DNA of 64,000 nucleotides. It comes from an uncultured candidate division Zixibacteria bacterium (GTDB lineage Bacteria > Zixibacteria > MSB-5A5 > GN15 > FEB-12). Shown here one piece after another: positions 25,014 to 34,965 of this stretch; position 1 is the first letter of the stretch, and each line of letters opens with the position of its first letter. Under the pieces are notes generated by a model. That model searched no databases. It was not told the origin of the DNA and saw only the letters and a program-made list of their open reading frames with translations. Where the stretch lies: positions 3,456,001 through 3,520,000 of the forward strand of contig OY760907.1 in the NCBI GenBank assembly GCA_963664195.1, written 5' to 3'. Position numbers and translations under genes: made by a program.

Positions 25014-26555
25014 TCAGGACACGCCGCCAACGGTTATTGCGGACGCCTTCACAGTCGGCAATCCCAGAGAGACCGGCACCGACTGTCCGTCCTTGCCGCA
25101 GTTCCAGCCGCCTCGAGACAGCTGGAAGTCATCGGCTACCATCGTGACGTTTTCGAGAACTCTCGGGCCGTTTCCGATGAGGTTAATATCCTTCACCGGC
25201 GCCGTCAGCTTGCCGTCTTCAATCAGATAGCCCAGCTTGACATAAAACGTGAAGTCGCCCTGCCCTATGAGCACTTGGCCGTTGGTAAACACCTCGGCGT
25301 AGACGCCTTTCTTGACGGACTGGATAATCTCCTCACGGGTGTGGGGTCCGGGGAGCATGTACGTGTTGCGCATACGCGGAAGCGGCGAGAAACGGAAGGA
25401 TTCGCGACGACCGTTCCCCGTAGGCTTCACGCCGTAATGCTTGGCGCTGATGCGGTCGTGCATATAGCTTCGGAGGACACCGTTCTCGATCAGCACCGTG
25501 TTCTGGGAGTCGTTCCCCTCATCGTCCACGTTGATCGAACCACGCACGTTTTCGTTCTGGCCGTTGTCGACGATTGTCACGAAGTCCTCAGCCACCTTCT
25601 GGTTCATCTTGTCAGTGTAAATCGACGTTCCTTTTCGGTTGGCATCGGCTTCCAGACCGTGGCCAATCGCCTCGTGAAGGAGAATGCCGGAGCTTCCGGC
25701 CGCCAGCACCACTGGCATCTCGCCGCCTTGCGGTTTGATAGCCTCAAAGCCAACCAGCGTCCTTCGCACCGTCTCCTGTGCCACGTAATCGATCTGCTCC
25801 GGAGTGTAGAACTCAAGTCCATCACGGGCGCTGATATCAGCATGACCCTGTTCACGCTGACCGTTCTTCTCGATCGTCGTGATCGCAATAAGCCGTGTGA
25901 GCGGCTGGTAATCGGCTGTCACCCGCCCTTCGGAGTTGGCACACATGATATAGGACGTATCGTTAAGCATGACCACGATAGTCTTGATAATCGATGGGTC
26001 AAGAGCCTTGATTTTGGCATTCAGCTTCTGGAGAATCGGTATCTTCTGATCGATTCCCACATCCTCCCAGGGTGTTGTAATCTTGTAGTAATTGGGCGCT
26101 TCGTGGAAATTCAGATTCTGCGGCGGAACAGACTTGGTACCGGAAGCGATATTTGCGGCCGTCTTGGCGGCAAGCTTCATGGCTTCGGGTGTCACTTCCT
26201 CGGTGAAAGAGAACCCGGTCTGATCACCCTTGAGCACGCGGATACCGACACCAAAATTGACTTGTCCGACCGCCTTGGATACGACATCGTCCTCAAGTTT
26301 CGCCTGGTTGTAAAGATTGTGTTGAAAGAACAGATCACAGTAATCGCCGCCTTTTTCCATTGCTGCGGCCATTACCTGCCTGATAATACTTTCGTTAACA
26401 CCGAAGTGTTCGTAGTAATCTGTCACAGTGTTTGTTCCCTCTCCGGGAGTAGCGAACGCCGCCGTGGGGTCAAACTGGAAAGCCAGCGGTACTGCCGCCA
26501 GCGCCAGACCCTGGGCGCTCCTTTTCACAAATTCTCTTCGGCTTATTTCGGCCAT
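25014..26555 (-). CDS. tldD: TldD metalloprotease with Tat signal peptide
   Basis: Start MAEISRREFVK with GGAGG RBS; LHEAIGHGLE, PRMRNTY, CGKDGQ. Confidence 0.92.
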   Translation of the reverse strand: MAEISRREFVKRSAQGLALAAVPLAFQFDPTAAFATPGEGTNTVTDYYEHFGVNESIIRQVMAAAMEKGGDYCDLFFQHNLYNQAKLEDDVVSKAVGQVNFGVGIRVLKGDQTGFSFTEEVTPEAMKLAAKTAANIASGTKSVPPQNLNFHEAPNYYKITTPWEDVGIDQKIPILQKLNAKIKALDPSIIKTIVVMLNDTSYIMCANSEGRVTADYQPLTRLIAITTIEKNGQREQGHADISARDGLEFYTPEQIDYVAQETVRRTLVGFEAIKPQGGEMPVVLAAGSSGILLHEAIGHGLEADANRKGTSIYTDKMNQKVAEDFVTIVDNGQNENVRGSINVDDEGNDSQNTVLIENGVLRSYMHDRISAKHYGVKPTGNGRRESFRFSPLPRMRNTYMLPGPHTREEIIQSVKKGVYAEVFTNGQVLIGQGDFTFYVKLGYLIEDGKLTAPVKDINLIGNGPRVLENVTMVADDFQLSRGGWNCGKDGQSVPVSLGLPTVKASAITVGGVS

Positions 26556-26633
26556 TTTCAGGTCCTCCGTGCGAAGTATATGTTTGTCTTTGAGTGATTG
26601 CACACAAAACCCTATTCAGGGGATAGTATTAAC

Positions 26634-26660
26634 GACGTGACTCACACGGAAAAAGTTTAG
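26634..26660 (-). promoter_or_regulatory. Candidate ECF sigma promoter of tldD-tldE
   Basis: CTAAAC-N17-CGTC; shares AACTTTTTCCGT with the ECF-type promoter at 63363. Confidence 0.45.
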
Positions 26661-26676
26661 TAAAATCTTCCCGATA

Positions 26677-27792
26677 TCACTCAATCACTTCACGTTGGCC
26701 CGATGCGAATACGCGATAAAAACGACCGTCTTCCCAGAGTAGACCCTGCCACAACGACTTGTCATCCTCAGGAATATCTATCGCATACACACGCCCGTCG
26801 TAGAGACTCTCCACACGGTCCACCCCTGTGTGACCGACCACCACAGATTCTGTGCCAAAATGAGCAAGAATATCGATCAAGTCCTGCTGTGTGGCTCTGG
26901 GGTACCTGTCCGACTCGTCGAAGTATCCCCGATACCAGAAAGGGCCAGAACTGCCGTAGAAGTACTGCACGTCCTCGTTGAACGCCTTTGCATAGGAGCG
27001 ATCATCAAGATGCGCGCGTGCGGTTTCGTTAATATCACGAATGGTAAGACCGCGTTCCACTGCACCGGGTTCTATTCCGCCGTGCACAAAGAGAATACCG
27101 TTTATCTTTACGGCCACATGCTTAGTACGCAGCCATCGGCCAAGTTCCATGTCCGGCCCGTAGAGATCCATCTCATATATGCGACTCTTGCGTGCAATGC
27201 CCTTGAGGTATTTGTCGTTCACATAGCGAACGTCGCCGCGAAGCACCATCAGTTCATGATTCCCCAGCGTCAGATGTACTCGCCCCCCGGCTTTCACGGC
27301 CTGCTGCTCAAGTCCGTAGATCAACCAGAGGATTTCGTTGACAAACTCACCACGGTCAAAAACATCGCCGTTCACGACCAGATGGCCGTCGCCCCAGATC
27401 CAGTTGAGGTCGCTGTCTATCACGGCGCCCCCTTGAAGTGTCGCTACAAACATATCGTACAGACCATGAGGATCGCTCACGGCAAAAATGCGTGAGACTC
27501 CCTCGTACTCATCCGGCTGAATCACGGGAGGAACGACCGGGATCGCGTAGTCAACACTCGAATCAGTACAAAAGCCCTGGAAGCGAATCGTGTCAATGGC
27601 AGCCAGTACATGCTTCTGCAGTGTGTCAGCACAGAGGTAGAACACCAGCGCCTCGGTAGGCGATTGCCAGTAAACGTAGGGTCCGTCGTTGATTGGAGGT
27701 GCGGTGGCAGTCGAGTCTTCGCTCCCGGCCCATGCGAAACCAGCAGCAAACAGCCATGAAACGGCGATGTAGAGTGAGGCCTTCTTGATCAT
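26677..27792 (-). CDS. Secreted metallophosphoesterase (Shewanella-like PPP family)
   Basis: Signal peptide; DPHG, GDVFDRG, GNHE, HGG and GHT motifs. Confidence 0.9.
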   Translation of the reverse strand: MIKKASLYIAVSWLFAAGFAWAGSEDSTATAPPINDGPYVYWQSPTEALVFYLCADTLQKHVLAAIDTIRFQGFCTDSSVDYAIPVVPPVIQPDEYEGVSRIFAVSDPHGLYDMFVATLQGGAVIDSDLNWIWGDGHLVVNGDVFDRGEFVNEILWLIYGLEQQAVKAGGRVHLTLGNHELMVLRGDVRYVNDKYLKGIARKSRIYEMDLYGPDMELGRWLRTKHVAVKINGILFVHGGIEPGAVERGLTIRDINETARAHLDDRSYAKAFNEDVQYFYGSSGPFWYRGYFDESDRYPRATQQDLIDILAHFGTESVVVGHTGVDRVESLYDGRVYAIDIPEDDKSLWQGLLWEDGRFYRVFASGQREVIE

Positions 27793-27930
27793 GAATGTGG
27801 GTTCTCCTTTGGTAAGCGTTACAAACACCGAGTCAGCAAGGTAAGTTCTGCGGTCGACTCCCGCAACAAGATCATTGACATTGATCGAAAGCGTCGCGCC
27901 TATCTCGTTATACCGAGAATACTTAGCACC

Positions 27931-27956
27931 TGAAACTTACCGCCCGACCCTCCGTA
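27931..27956 (+). promoter_or_regulatory. ECF (SigW-like) promoter
   Basis: Exact TGAAAC-N16-CGTA about 45 bp upstream of the 28002 gene. Confidence 0.65.
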
Positions 27957-28001
27957 TAGGCGGTTATAGGGTATCTCAAGAGGAAAACCGGAGGCTGACA
28001 A

Positions 28002-28583
28002 ATGAAAACAGTCGCAATGCTTTTGCTGACCGCGGCATTGACGTGTTCGCCGCTGCTGGCAGGCGAAAGAACTTCGTATCACTCTGATCGGCACTTTGAC
28101 TTCGATCAAAGCCACCTGTCAGATGTTGATCTCGATATTGACCGTGACGGCACTATCATCATCGAAGCCAAACATCGCAAACGCCAGGAAGTCGAGATCA
28201 CGAAGGAATTCGAGCTGTTCATCAACGGCGATCAGATCACGCTCGACGAGGACCAACGGAAGCTCGTTGAGGAGTATTATCTTCTGATGACAGACTTGAT
28301 CGATCAGGCCAAGGCCATCGGTCTGGAGGGTGCCAAAGTCGGCGTTGAGGGGGCCAAACTCGGACTCACTGCGGTCGGAAAACTCTTCAAGCTGCTTTCG
28401 CCCCGGTACGACACCGATGACTACGAGCGAGAAATAGAGGACGCAGCGGAAAGGCTTGAGATGAAGGCTGAGAAGCTCGAAGAAAAGGCCGAAATCATAG
28501 AAGATATCGCCGACGACCTCGATGATCTGGCCCACGAAATGCGCCGCGAGATCCCCGAGATTCGTAAGCTGCGCTGGTTCTAG
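28002..28583 (+). CDS. Secreted YggN/DUF2884-like protein
   Basis: Signal peptide; LFINGDQITL..QRKLV..YY and C-terminal IPEIRKL; GGAGG RBS. Confidence 0.7.
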   Translation: MKTVAMLLLTAALTCSPLLAGERTSYHSDRHFDFDQSHLSDVDLDIDRDGTIIIEAKHRKRQEVEITKEFELFINGDQITLDEDQRKLVEEYYLLMTDLIDQAKAIGLEGAKVGVEGAKLGLTAVGKLFKLLSPRYDTDDYEREIEDAAERLEMKAEKLEEKAEIIEDIADDLDDLAHEMRREIPEIRKLRWF

Positions 28584-28658
28584 GGACCGAATAACCGTCG
28601 GAAAAGCAGCCGCCCCTTAACGGGGGCGTCCCTCACAGCTCCTCACCGAGGGTATGAA

Positions 28659-28686
28659 AGGGTGGACAATTGTCCGCCCTTTTTCT
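28659..28686 (+). terminator. Intrinsic terminator
   Basis: AGGGTGGAC/GTCCGCCCT hairpin plus T-run. Confidence 0.65.
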
Positions 28687-28708
28687 ATTTTCACATTTCT
28701 CCGTTCAA

Positions 28709-28722
28709 TTGACCTACATCAA
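28709..28722. promoter_or_regulatory. CRP/FNR-family (FNR/DNR-type) box upstream of hcp
   Basis: TTGAC-CTAC-ATCAA, one mismatch from TTGAT-N4-ATCAA; centred about -41.5 relative to the -10 TATCTT at 28745. Confidence 0.7.
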
Positions 28723-28787
28723 ACCTCCGCCGTCATTCGCCGCCTATCTTCTTGCCGATAACGGAACGTTACAAAAAAGGACAAGAT

Positions 28788-30470
28788 ATGTTTTGCTACC
28801 AATGTGAACAGTCAGCCAGAGGCATCGGATGCACCACCCTCGGACAATGCGGCAAAGACCCCGAAACCGCCGCTCTACAGGACTTGCTCGTTCACGCCGC
28901 GAAAGGCATCTCCATGTATGCCCATCGCGCCCGACAGTTGAAAGCTGTTGACCATGAGATAGATATGTTCGTCACCGAAGCACTTTTTACCACTGTCACC
29001 AATGTCAATTTCGACCCCGACCGACTTAAATCGAATATCAGGAAAGCAGCGGTTGTGCGCGAAAAAGCAAAAAGCATTTACACAAACGCCGCAGTGGCCG
29101 CCGGCCAAACCCCGGAAAAACTCTCCGGCCCGGCGACATGGGCCATTCTCGAAGCCGTCGAATCACCGATGACCTCTGCATTTGAGATAGCCGTGGAGAA
29201 ACGCCGCGAGAGACTCGGGGATGACATAACATCTTTGATCGAACTCATCACGTACGGACTGAAAGGCATGGCCGCCTACGCCGACCACGCTTCTATTCTT
29301 GGACAAGAGGATGACACCGTATTTGCCTTCTTCCACGAATCCCTGGATCTGCTCACCAATCCAAAGCAGGAGATCGGTGCCCTTGTTGGCCATGCGCTAA
29401 AATGCGGCGAAGTCAACATTCGTGTCATGGAAATGCTCGACGCGGGCAACACTGGGACCTACGGTCACCCGGAACCAACTTCCGTAAGAACAACCGGCGT
29501 GAAGGGCAAGGCGATTTTGGTCTCAGGCCATGAGTTGAGTGATCTCGAAGCCCTCCTAAAACAGACCGAAGGCAAGAACATCAATATCTACACTCACGGC
29601 GAGATGCTCCCTGCCAACGCCTATCCGGAATTGAAGAAACACGCCCACCTTAAGGGCAATTGGGGTGGTGCCTGGCAGGATCAGCAGAAGGAGTTCGAGG
29701 CTTTCCCGGGCGCGGTATTAATGACCACGAACTGCATCCAGAAGCCGCGCGAGTCCTACAACAAACGCATCTTCACGTCCGGTCTGGTTGCCTGGCCGGG
29801 CGTTACGCACGTATCCAAAAAGGACTTCGGGCCGATCATCGAGTCCGCTCTGTCTGCCGATGGTTTCGCCGAAGACGAGCCGCAGCACAACATCACCATC
29901 GGCTATGCGCACAATGCTGTCCTCGGCGTTGCCGACAAGGTGATTGCGGCCGTCAAGGGTGGCGACATCAAGCACTTTTATCTGATAGGTGGTTGTGACG
30001 GCGCTCGTTCCGGCCGCAACTACTACACTGAATTCGCCGAGGCCGTCCCGAAGGACAGCGTCATTCTCACGCTCGCGTGCGGCAAGTTCCGTTTCAACAA
30101 ACTGGAGTTTAGTGATATCGGTGGCATCCCGAGACTGCTCGATGTCGGCCAGTGCAACGACGCCTATTCCGCGGTGAAGATCGCACAGGCGCTTGCAAGC
30201 GCGTTCAATACTGACATCAACGGTCTGCCGTTGTCGTTCATTCTCTCCTGGTACGAACAGAAGGCCGTCTGCATTCTGTTGAGCCTGCTTCATCTTGGGG
30301 TAAAAGACATTCGCCTTGGACCAACCATGCCGGCGTTCATCACACCGGCCGTGCTAAAGGTCCTCGTGGACAATTTCAACATCATGCCCACAACAACCGT
30401 CGAGAAAGACCTCGGCGGAATCCTCGGCACGAACTCCAAGGCGGGGACCCAACGAACCGTGCGGTTATAG
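28788..30470 (+). CDS. hcp: Hybrid cluster protein (hydroxylamine/NO reductase)
   Basis: MFCYQCEQ..GCT..GQCGK, YTHGEMLPA, GGCDG, GQCNDAY, SWYEQKA. Confidence 0.97.
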   Translation: MFCYQCEQSARGIGCTTLGQCGKDPETAALQDLLVHAAKGISMYAHRARQLKAVDHEIDMFVTEALFTTVTNVNFDPDRLKSNIRKAAVVREKAKSIYTNAAVAAGQTPEKLSGPATWAILEAVESPMTSAFEIAVEKRRERLGDDITSLIELITYGLKGMAAYADHASILGQEDDTVFAFFHESLDLLTNPKQEIGALVGHALKCGEVNIRVMEMLDAGNTGTYGHPEPTSVRTTGVKGKAILVSGHELSDLEALLKQTEGKNINIYTHGEMLPANAYPELKKHAHLKGNWGGAWQDQQKEFEAFPGAVLMTTNCIQKPRESYNKRIFTSGLVAWPGVTHVSKKDFGPIIESALSADGFAEDEPQHNITIGYAHNAVLGVADKVIAAVKGGDIKHFYLIGGCDGARSGRNYYTEFAEAVPKDSVILTLACGKFRFNKLEFSDIGGIPRLLDVGQCNDAYSAVKIAQALASAFNTDINGLPLSFILSWYEQKAVCILLSLLHLGVKDIRLGPTMPAFITPAVLKVLVDNFNIMPTTTVEKDLGGILGTNSKAGTQRTVRL

Positions 30471-30707
30471 CCCGTACTGTGCGAAAAGTGAACAGTTGCC
30501 ATTGGCATTTTCCGGCGCACACTCTGCGCCGGAAAATCGGTTCTCTCCGACGTCTGGGGTATAAAACGGGGTCACCCTTGTCTATTACTGTGACAGCTTT
30601 CGACAGAGCGTGCGATGAAACAGTTTCATCACGAAAAAACATCGCTCAAAAACCGGACGCCCGCCACAAACTTCTTGCTTTTCTGACAACAATCGACATA
30701 TTGGTTT

Positions 30708-30824
30708 CATAACCGGCTTGTTTATCTTAGCGGTCGGGTGTGCTCTTTGCCCCCCCCTCTACGCCGACCGCAACAAGCAGGGCACAACAGAAAGGCTCCC
30801 GTTTACGGGGGCCTTTGTGTGTTT
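30708..30824 (+). ncRNA. Candidate structured ncRNA or leader with promoter, hairpin, possible pseudoknot and terminator
   Basis: TTGCTT-N16-CATATT upstream; stems GCTTGTT/AACAAGC and GCGGTCGG/CCGACCGC; terminator AAAGGCTCCCGT/ACGGGGGCCTTT. Confidence 0.5.
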
Positions 30825-31064
30825 AGAGAACCACCATGGAGTCCCCTGCACACGACAACTCCACCTCCGTCAACGAAGACAAGCCCGTCCTCAAAGACGA
30901 TATCACGGTACATGATAGTTATTGACAACTTGCGTCTCGTTTGTTTTCTTTTACTTGGGCAACTGATTCTGCCGTCATCTTTCGGGTCTTCACCGTCAGT
31001 CGTCATCCACTGTATTCCAAGGTCGCAACTACTAACGAACGGCGTTACCGCCAGAGGACCAATT

Positions 31065-34000
31065 ATGAGAAAACTAGCTGCCGCCTGTGTCTTTGTGTTT
31101 GCCGTGATCCTGGCCATCGTATGGTTAACACCGGAGAAAGAGAGAGCACCCTGGGATCTCACCAAAAACCAAATCGCCTATTACAACTTGAAACGAAGCG
31201 GAAAACCTCCCAAACTGAAACGTCGCCCGAACCAGGAGTTCTACGAACAGCGCGCGTATCCCTACGATGAAATCCCCAAGGAACAGTACCTGGAGGCTCT
31301 GGATGAAGGCCAGGACGCCCGCGCGGCCCTCAACAGCAAGAGAGCCGTCACCTGGGAATCGGTAGGACCCACCAATATTCCGGGACGTATTACCGACATT
31401 GCTTCTCACCCGGTCGAGTTCAGCACGGTGTACGCCGGAGCGGCGGCCGGGGGCGTTTTCAAATCCAACGACAAAGGCATATCGTGGACAGCGATTTTCG
31501 ACGATGTCGGCACCTATTCCATCGGGGCCATCGCCATAGATCCTAACGACCGCAACACGATCTATGTCGGGACGGGTGAACCGTCGGCGGCAATTGACGA
31601 CTACGAAGGCAACGGCGTGTACAAGAGCATCGATGCCGGTGACAACTGGACGTACGTCGGTCTGGACAGCACGGCACTGATCGGGCGCATTGTCATCGAC
31701 CCCCTCCATCCTGATACGGTCTATGTGGCAGCGCTGGGAAAGGTCCTTGGTAGCAACCGTAGTGCGCAGCGCGGCGTGTATCGTTCTGAAAACGGCGGCA
31801 TTTCGTGGGACAGAATTCTGTTTGTCGACAGTGGTGCCGGCTGTGTTGACATAGCATTGCACCCCTCCACCGGAACCGTATTCGCCGCCATTTGGGATGT
31901 GTACGAGGGGCCGTTGAGTGCTCTTTGGCGCTCATCAGACCATGGCGACACCTGGGAGATGCTCTCCGGCAACGGTGGGGGACTTCCGGCACCTGCCAAT
32001 ACCGGACGAATCGGCGTCACCGTAGACCCGCAATCGAACACCGTCTACTCCATACACATTGACGGCAGTTCCCGCGATCTCATGGGACTCTACAAGAGCA
32101 CAGACCTTGGCAATACCTGGACCCGTACCAACGATGGTGTGCTCGACGGCACATTCGGTGGTTTTGGATGGTATTTCGGACAGGTGCGAGTCGCGCCCGG
32201 AAATCCGGACCTGGTATATTCGCTCGGAGTACAGCTTTATCGCAGCTCTGACGGCGGTAATTCGTGGGAAAACGTAACGTACGAATCTCATGTCGACCAC
32301 CACGCGATGTGGATACACCCATACAACTCCGCCGTTGTCTACGGCGGCTGCGATGGCGGGGTTTATTTCAAGCAGAACAACGACCCCGCATGGAACGTCC
32401 GCAAGAACATGCCCAATACCCAGTTCTACGCTATAACGGTCGACCCGAACAACGCTGACAAGATATACGGGGGGACGCAGGACAACGGTACCATGCGCAC
32501 TCTCACGGGAAGCACTGACGACTGGACCGAGATTTACGGCGGCGACGGATTCTACTGCATAGTGGATCACACGAACTCTGACATCATGTACGCCGAGTCG
32601 CAGTACGGCAATCTCAGCAAATCCACGGACGGCGGCTACAACTGGTACTGGGCGCAAAACGGCATCACGCCAAGCCCGGACGAGCCTCACGGCTGGAGCA
32701 CGCCGGTTGTCATGGACCCGAACAACCATCTGGTACTCTACTACGGAACCGACCGCGTGTACCGAACTAGCGACGGTGCAGACCTCTGGACCGCAATCAG
32801 CCCCAGCCTGTCGGCACGCTACCTGACAACAATTGGCGTCTCAGCCATCGACGACCAGGTTGTCTATGCCGGGTCGCGTGACGGCGCTGTGTGGGGCACA
32901 ACCGACGGCGGCGCGAACTGGGACGATCTGACTGCCGGTCTTCCCGACCGCTGGGTCACCCGACTGACACCGGACCCGTTCACTGCCTCAAGAGTCTACG
33001 TCACGTTGTCGGGCTACATCACCGACGGTTCCTCACTTCCCCACGTTTTCCGGAGCGATGACTACGGGGCAACCTGGTCTGACATTTCCAGCAACCTCCC
33101 GGACGCACCGGTAAACGACCTTCTGGTCGATCCCATGGATGAGGCGTTCCTCTATGCCGGCACCGATGTCGGCGTTTTTGTCTCGCCGGACACAGGTGCC
33201 ACATGGGCATTGCTGGGGACCGGCATGCCCGTCACCTGCATCGCCGATCTGGAAATACATGAAAACACGCGCAAGATTGTGGCCGGCACCCACGGCCGAT
33301 CGATGTTTCAGGCCCGACTCGACTGCCCGGATACAACCGACTCGGATGGCGATGGAGTCGGAGACCTCTGCGACAATTGCCCCTTGCACGAGAATGCCGA
33401 CCAGGCAGATATTGACGGTGACAACATCGGTGATGCCTGCGACGACTGCGTCGACCCAGACAACGATGGCTACGGCTCACCCGGCTACCCGATGGCCACC
33501 TGCGACGAAGACAACTGCCCTGACACCTACAACCCGGGCCAGGCAGACTTCGACGGCGACGGTGAAGGTGACGCCTGCGAGGCTGCGGCAGCACCCGCTT
33601 CCGATACCATATCCAGTTCGTGCCTCAGTCTGCAAGTGAGCAACGACGGCAACGCTGCTGCGAAAGGCACGGCCAACATGACGCTGGACTACGCTCTCGA
33701 GGGTGACTGCGAATCGAAATATCTCTATGACGGGGGTCCGGTTGTTGTGCGCCGCCAGGGCACCGAATACGTGGCCGACTACAACATCTTCAACGCCGGC
33801 TCCTTTACACGGTCTGTCACGGGGACACCGATGACTCCCACCACGGATATGGGAGGCTACCAGATATTCAGCTCCGGCACGTTCATTACGGCCGACGGAC
33901 ACATCGCTCTCGAACAAACCTGGTACGCACCTCAAAATGCCGACAGCTGCCAGTTTATGATTACCGCGATCAAGGTCTATTCGTGGGCAGGTGTCACCGA

Positions 34001-34724
34001 TACGAATCTCTACATCGGCTTCCTGTGCGACTGGGACGTCCCGTCCGAGTATGAGTCTGACAACGAAGGCTACGTCGACGCAACCTACAAGTTGCTGTAT
34101 CAGCGTGGCATAGGAGTTGGGTGCGACAACAACACTTTCCGTTACGCGGGACTTGCCATGCTGGGTATCGCCTGGGGAGATAGTTGCATGTCTGGCGAAC
34201 AGCCGCACGGCGCGTACGTTGCGGACAATGCGCAGTACGTATATCCGACGGGCAGCCTGGTGCCGCAGGAGTTGTATAACAACATGTCGCAGACCGGATA
34301 CTCCGTGTTCGGAGAACAGTCGGACCTCCACTCAGTAATAACGGCGCTGGGCGATTACACGCTAACGCCGGATGACACTCTGACATTCTATATGGTGCTC
34401 AGCACCATTCGCTTTGGCGACGCGGATGACCTTGTCGACAACATTCTGAAGGCCAGGAAATGGGCCTCAAATCACATTATTGGCGGATGCAGTTGCTGCA
34501 CGGGACCTTCAGTTGGGAATGTCGACGGCTCGCCGGATAACAGAGTGACCATAGGTGACCTGACAGTGCTTATTGATCACTTGTTCATTTCGCTAGTCCC
34601 TCTGCAATGCGTTGACGAGGGTAATATCGATATGAGTCCGGACGGACAGGTGACGATGTCAGATCTGACGGTGTTGATCGACCACTTGTTCATCAGCCTG
34701 GATCCGCTCTCCCCCTGCCCGTAG
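31065..34724 (+). CDS. Exported BNR/sortilin-like beta-propeller protein with TSP3 repeats and C-terminal dockerin-like module
   Basis: Start MRKLAA at 31065 with GAGGA RBS; many SxDxGxTW Asp-boxes; DNCP repeats; terminal module. Confidence 0.85.
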   Translation: MRKLAAACVFVFAVILAIVWLTPEKERAPWDLTKNQIAYYNLKRSGKPPKLKRRPNQEFYEQRAYPYDEIPKEQYLEALDEGQDARAALNSKRAVTWESVGPTNIPGRITDIASHPVEFSTVYAGAAAGGVFKSNDKGISWTAIFDDVGTYSIGAIAIDPNDRNTIYVGTGEPSAAIDDYEGNGVYKSIDAGDNWTYVGLDSTALIGRIVIDPLHPDTVYVAALGKVLGSNRSAQRGVYRSENGGISWDRILFVDSGAGCVDIALHPSTGTVFAAIWDVYEGPLSALWRSSDHGDTWEMLSGNGGGLPAPANTGRIGVTVDPQSNTVYSIHIDGSSRDLMGLYKSTDLGNTWTRTNDGVLDGTFGGFGWYFGQVRVAPGNPDLVYSLGVQLYRSSDGGNSWENVTYESHVDHHAMWIHPYNSAVVYGGCDGGVYFKQNNDPAWNVRKNMPNTQFYAITVDPNNADKIYGGTQDNGTMRTLTGSTDDWTEIYGGDGFYCIVDHTNSDIMYAESQYGNLSKSTDGGYNWYWAQNGITPSPDEPHGWSTPVVMDPNNHLVLYYGTDRVYRTSDGADLWTAISPSLSARYLTTIGVSAIDDQVVYAGSRDGAVWGTTDGGANWDDLTAGLPDRWVTRLTPDPFTASRVYVTLSGYITDGSSLPHVFRSDDYGATWSDISSNLPDAPVNDLLVDPMDEAFLYAGTDVGVFVSPDTGATWALLGTGMPVTCIADLEIHENTRKIVAGTHGRSMFQARLDCPDTTDSDGDGVGDLCDNCPLHENADQADIDGDNIGDACDDCVDPDNDGYGSPGYPMATCDEDNCPDTYNPGQADFDGDGEGDACEAAAAPASDTISSSCLSLQVSNDGNAAAKGTANMTLDYALEGDCESKYLYDGGPVVVRRQGTEYVADYNIFNAGSFTRSVTGTPMTPTTDMGGYQIFSSGTFITADGHIALEQTWYAPQNADSCQFMITAIKVYSWAGVTDTNLYIGFLCDWDVPSEYESDNEGYVDATYKLLYQRGIGVGCDNNTFRYAGLAMLGIAWGDSCMSGEQPHGAYVADNAQYVYPTGSLVPQELYNNMSQTGYSVFGEQSDLHSVITALGDYTLTPDDTLTFYMVLSTIRFGDADDLVDNILKARKWASNHIIGGCSCCTGPSVGNVDGSPDNRVTIGDLTVLIDHLFISLVPLQCVDEGNIDMSPDGQVTMSDLTVLIDHLFISLDPLSPCP
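34494..34724 (+). repeat. Dockerin-like module, copy 2
   Basis: Same 76-aa module. Confidence 0.9.
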
Positions 34725-34965
34725 ACATAAGAGACCCCTTCCCGGCTTCATGTGGCGCTGGGTGCCTCCACCCGGTGCCACTTCGTGGGGCGACACGTTG
34801 GCAGGAATCCGCGGCAGAGCCCCCGAACATCCCTCACCGCCACAACACCCCTTGCCAATATCGCCACAACGTGTATATTACTTGCGGAGAACGCACTTAT
34901 ACTTGCATCCGTTACTCCGATATAATTCTCATGGGAACGAACACGCCGAAAGGATAACCATAAAT

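Noticed and set aside
23702..26597. Long plus-strand ORFs (358 and 440 aa) antisense to tldD/tldE
   Set aside because: Antisense shadows typical of GC-rich codon usage; no motifs or RBS.
30775..30820. c-di-GMP-I riboswitch or SRP RNA
   Set aside because: Lacks GGCAAAC..GAAA..GACGCAAAG and the SRP CAGG..GNRA..AGCAG core.
30738..31064. N-terminal extensions in the ORF track (also at 4879, 34750, 45410, 57340)
   Set aside because: Downstream starts have better RBS, signal-peptide or family-start support; the extensions cross promoters, terminators or neighbouring genes.
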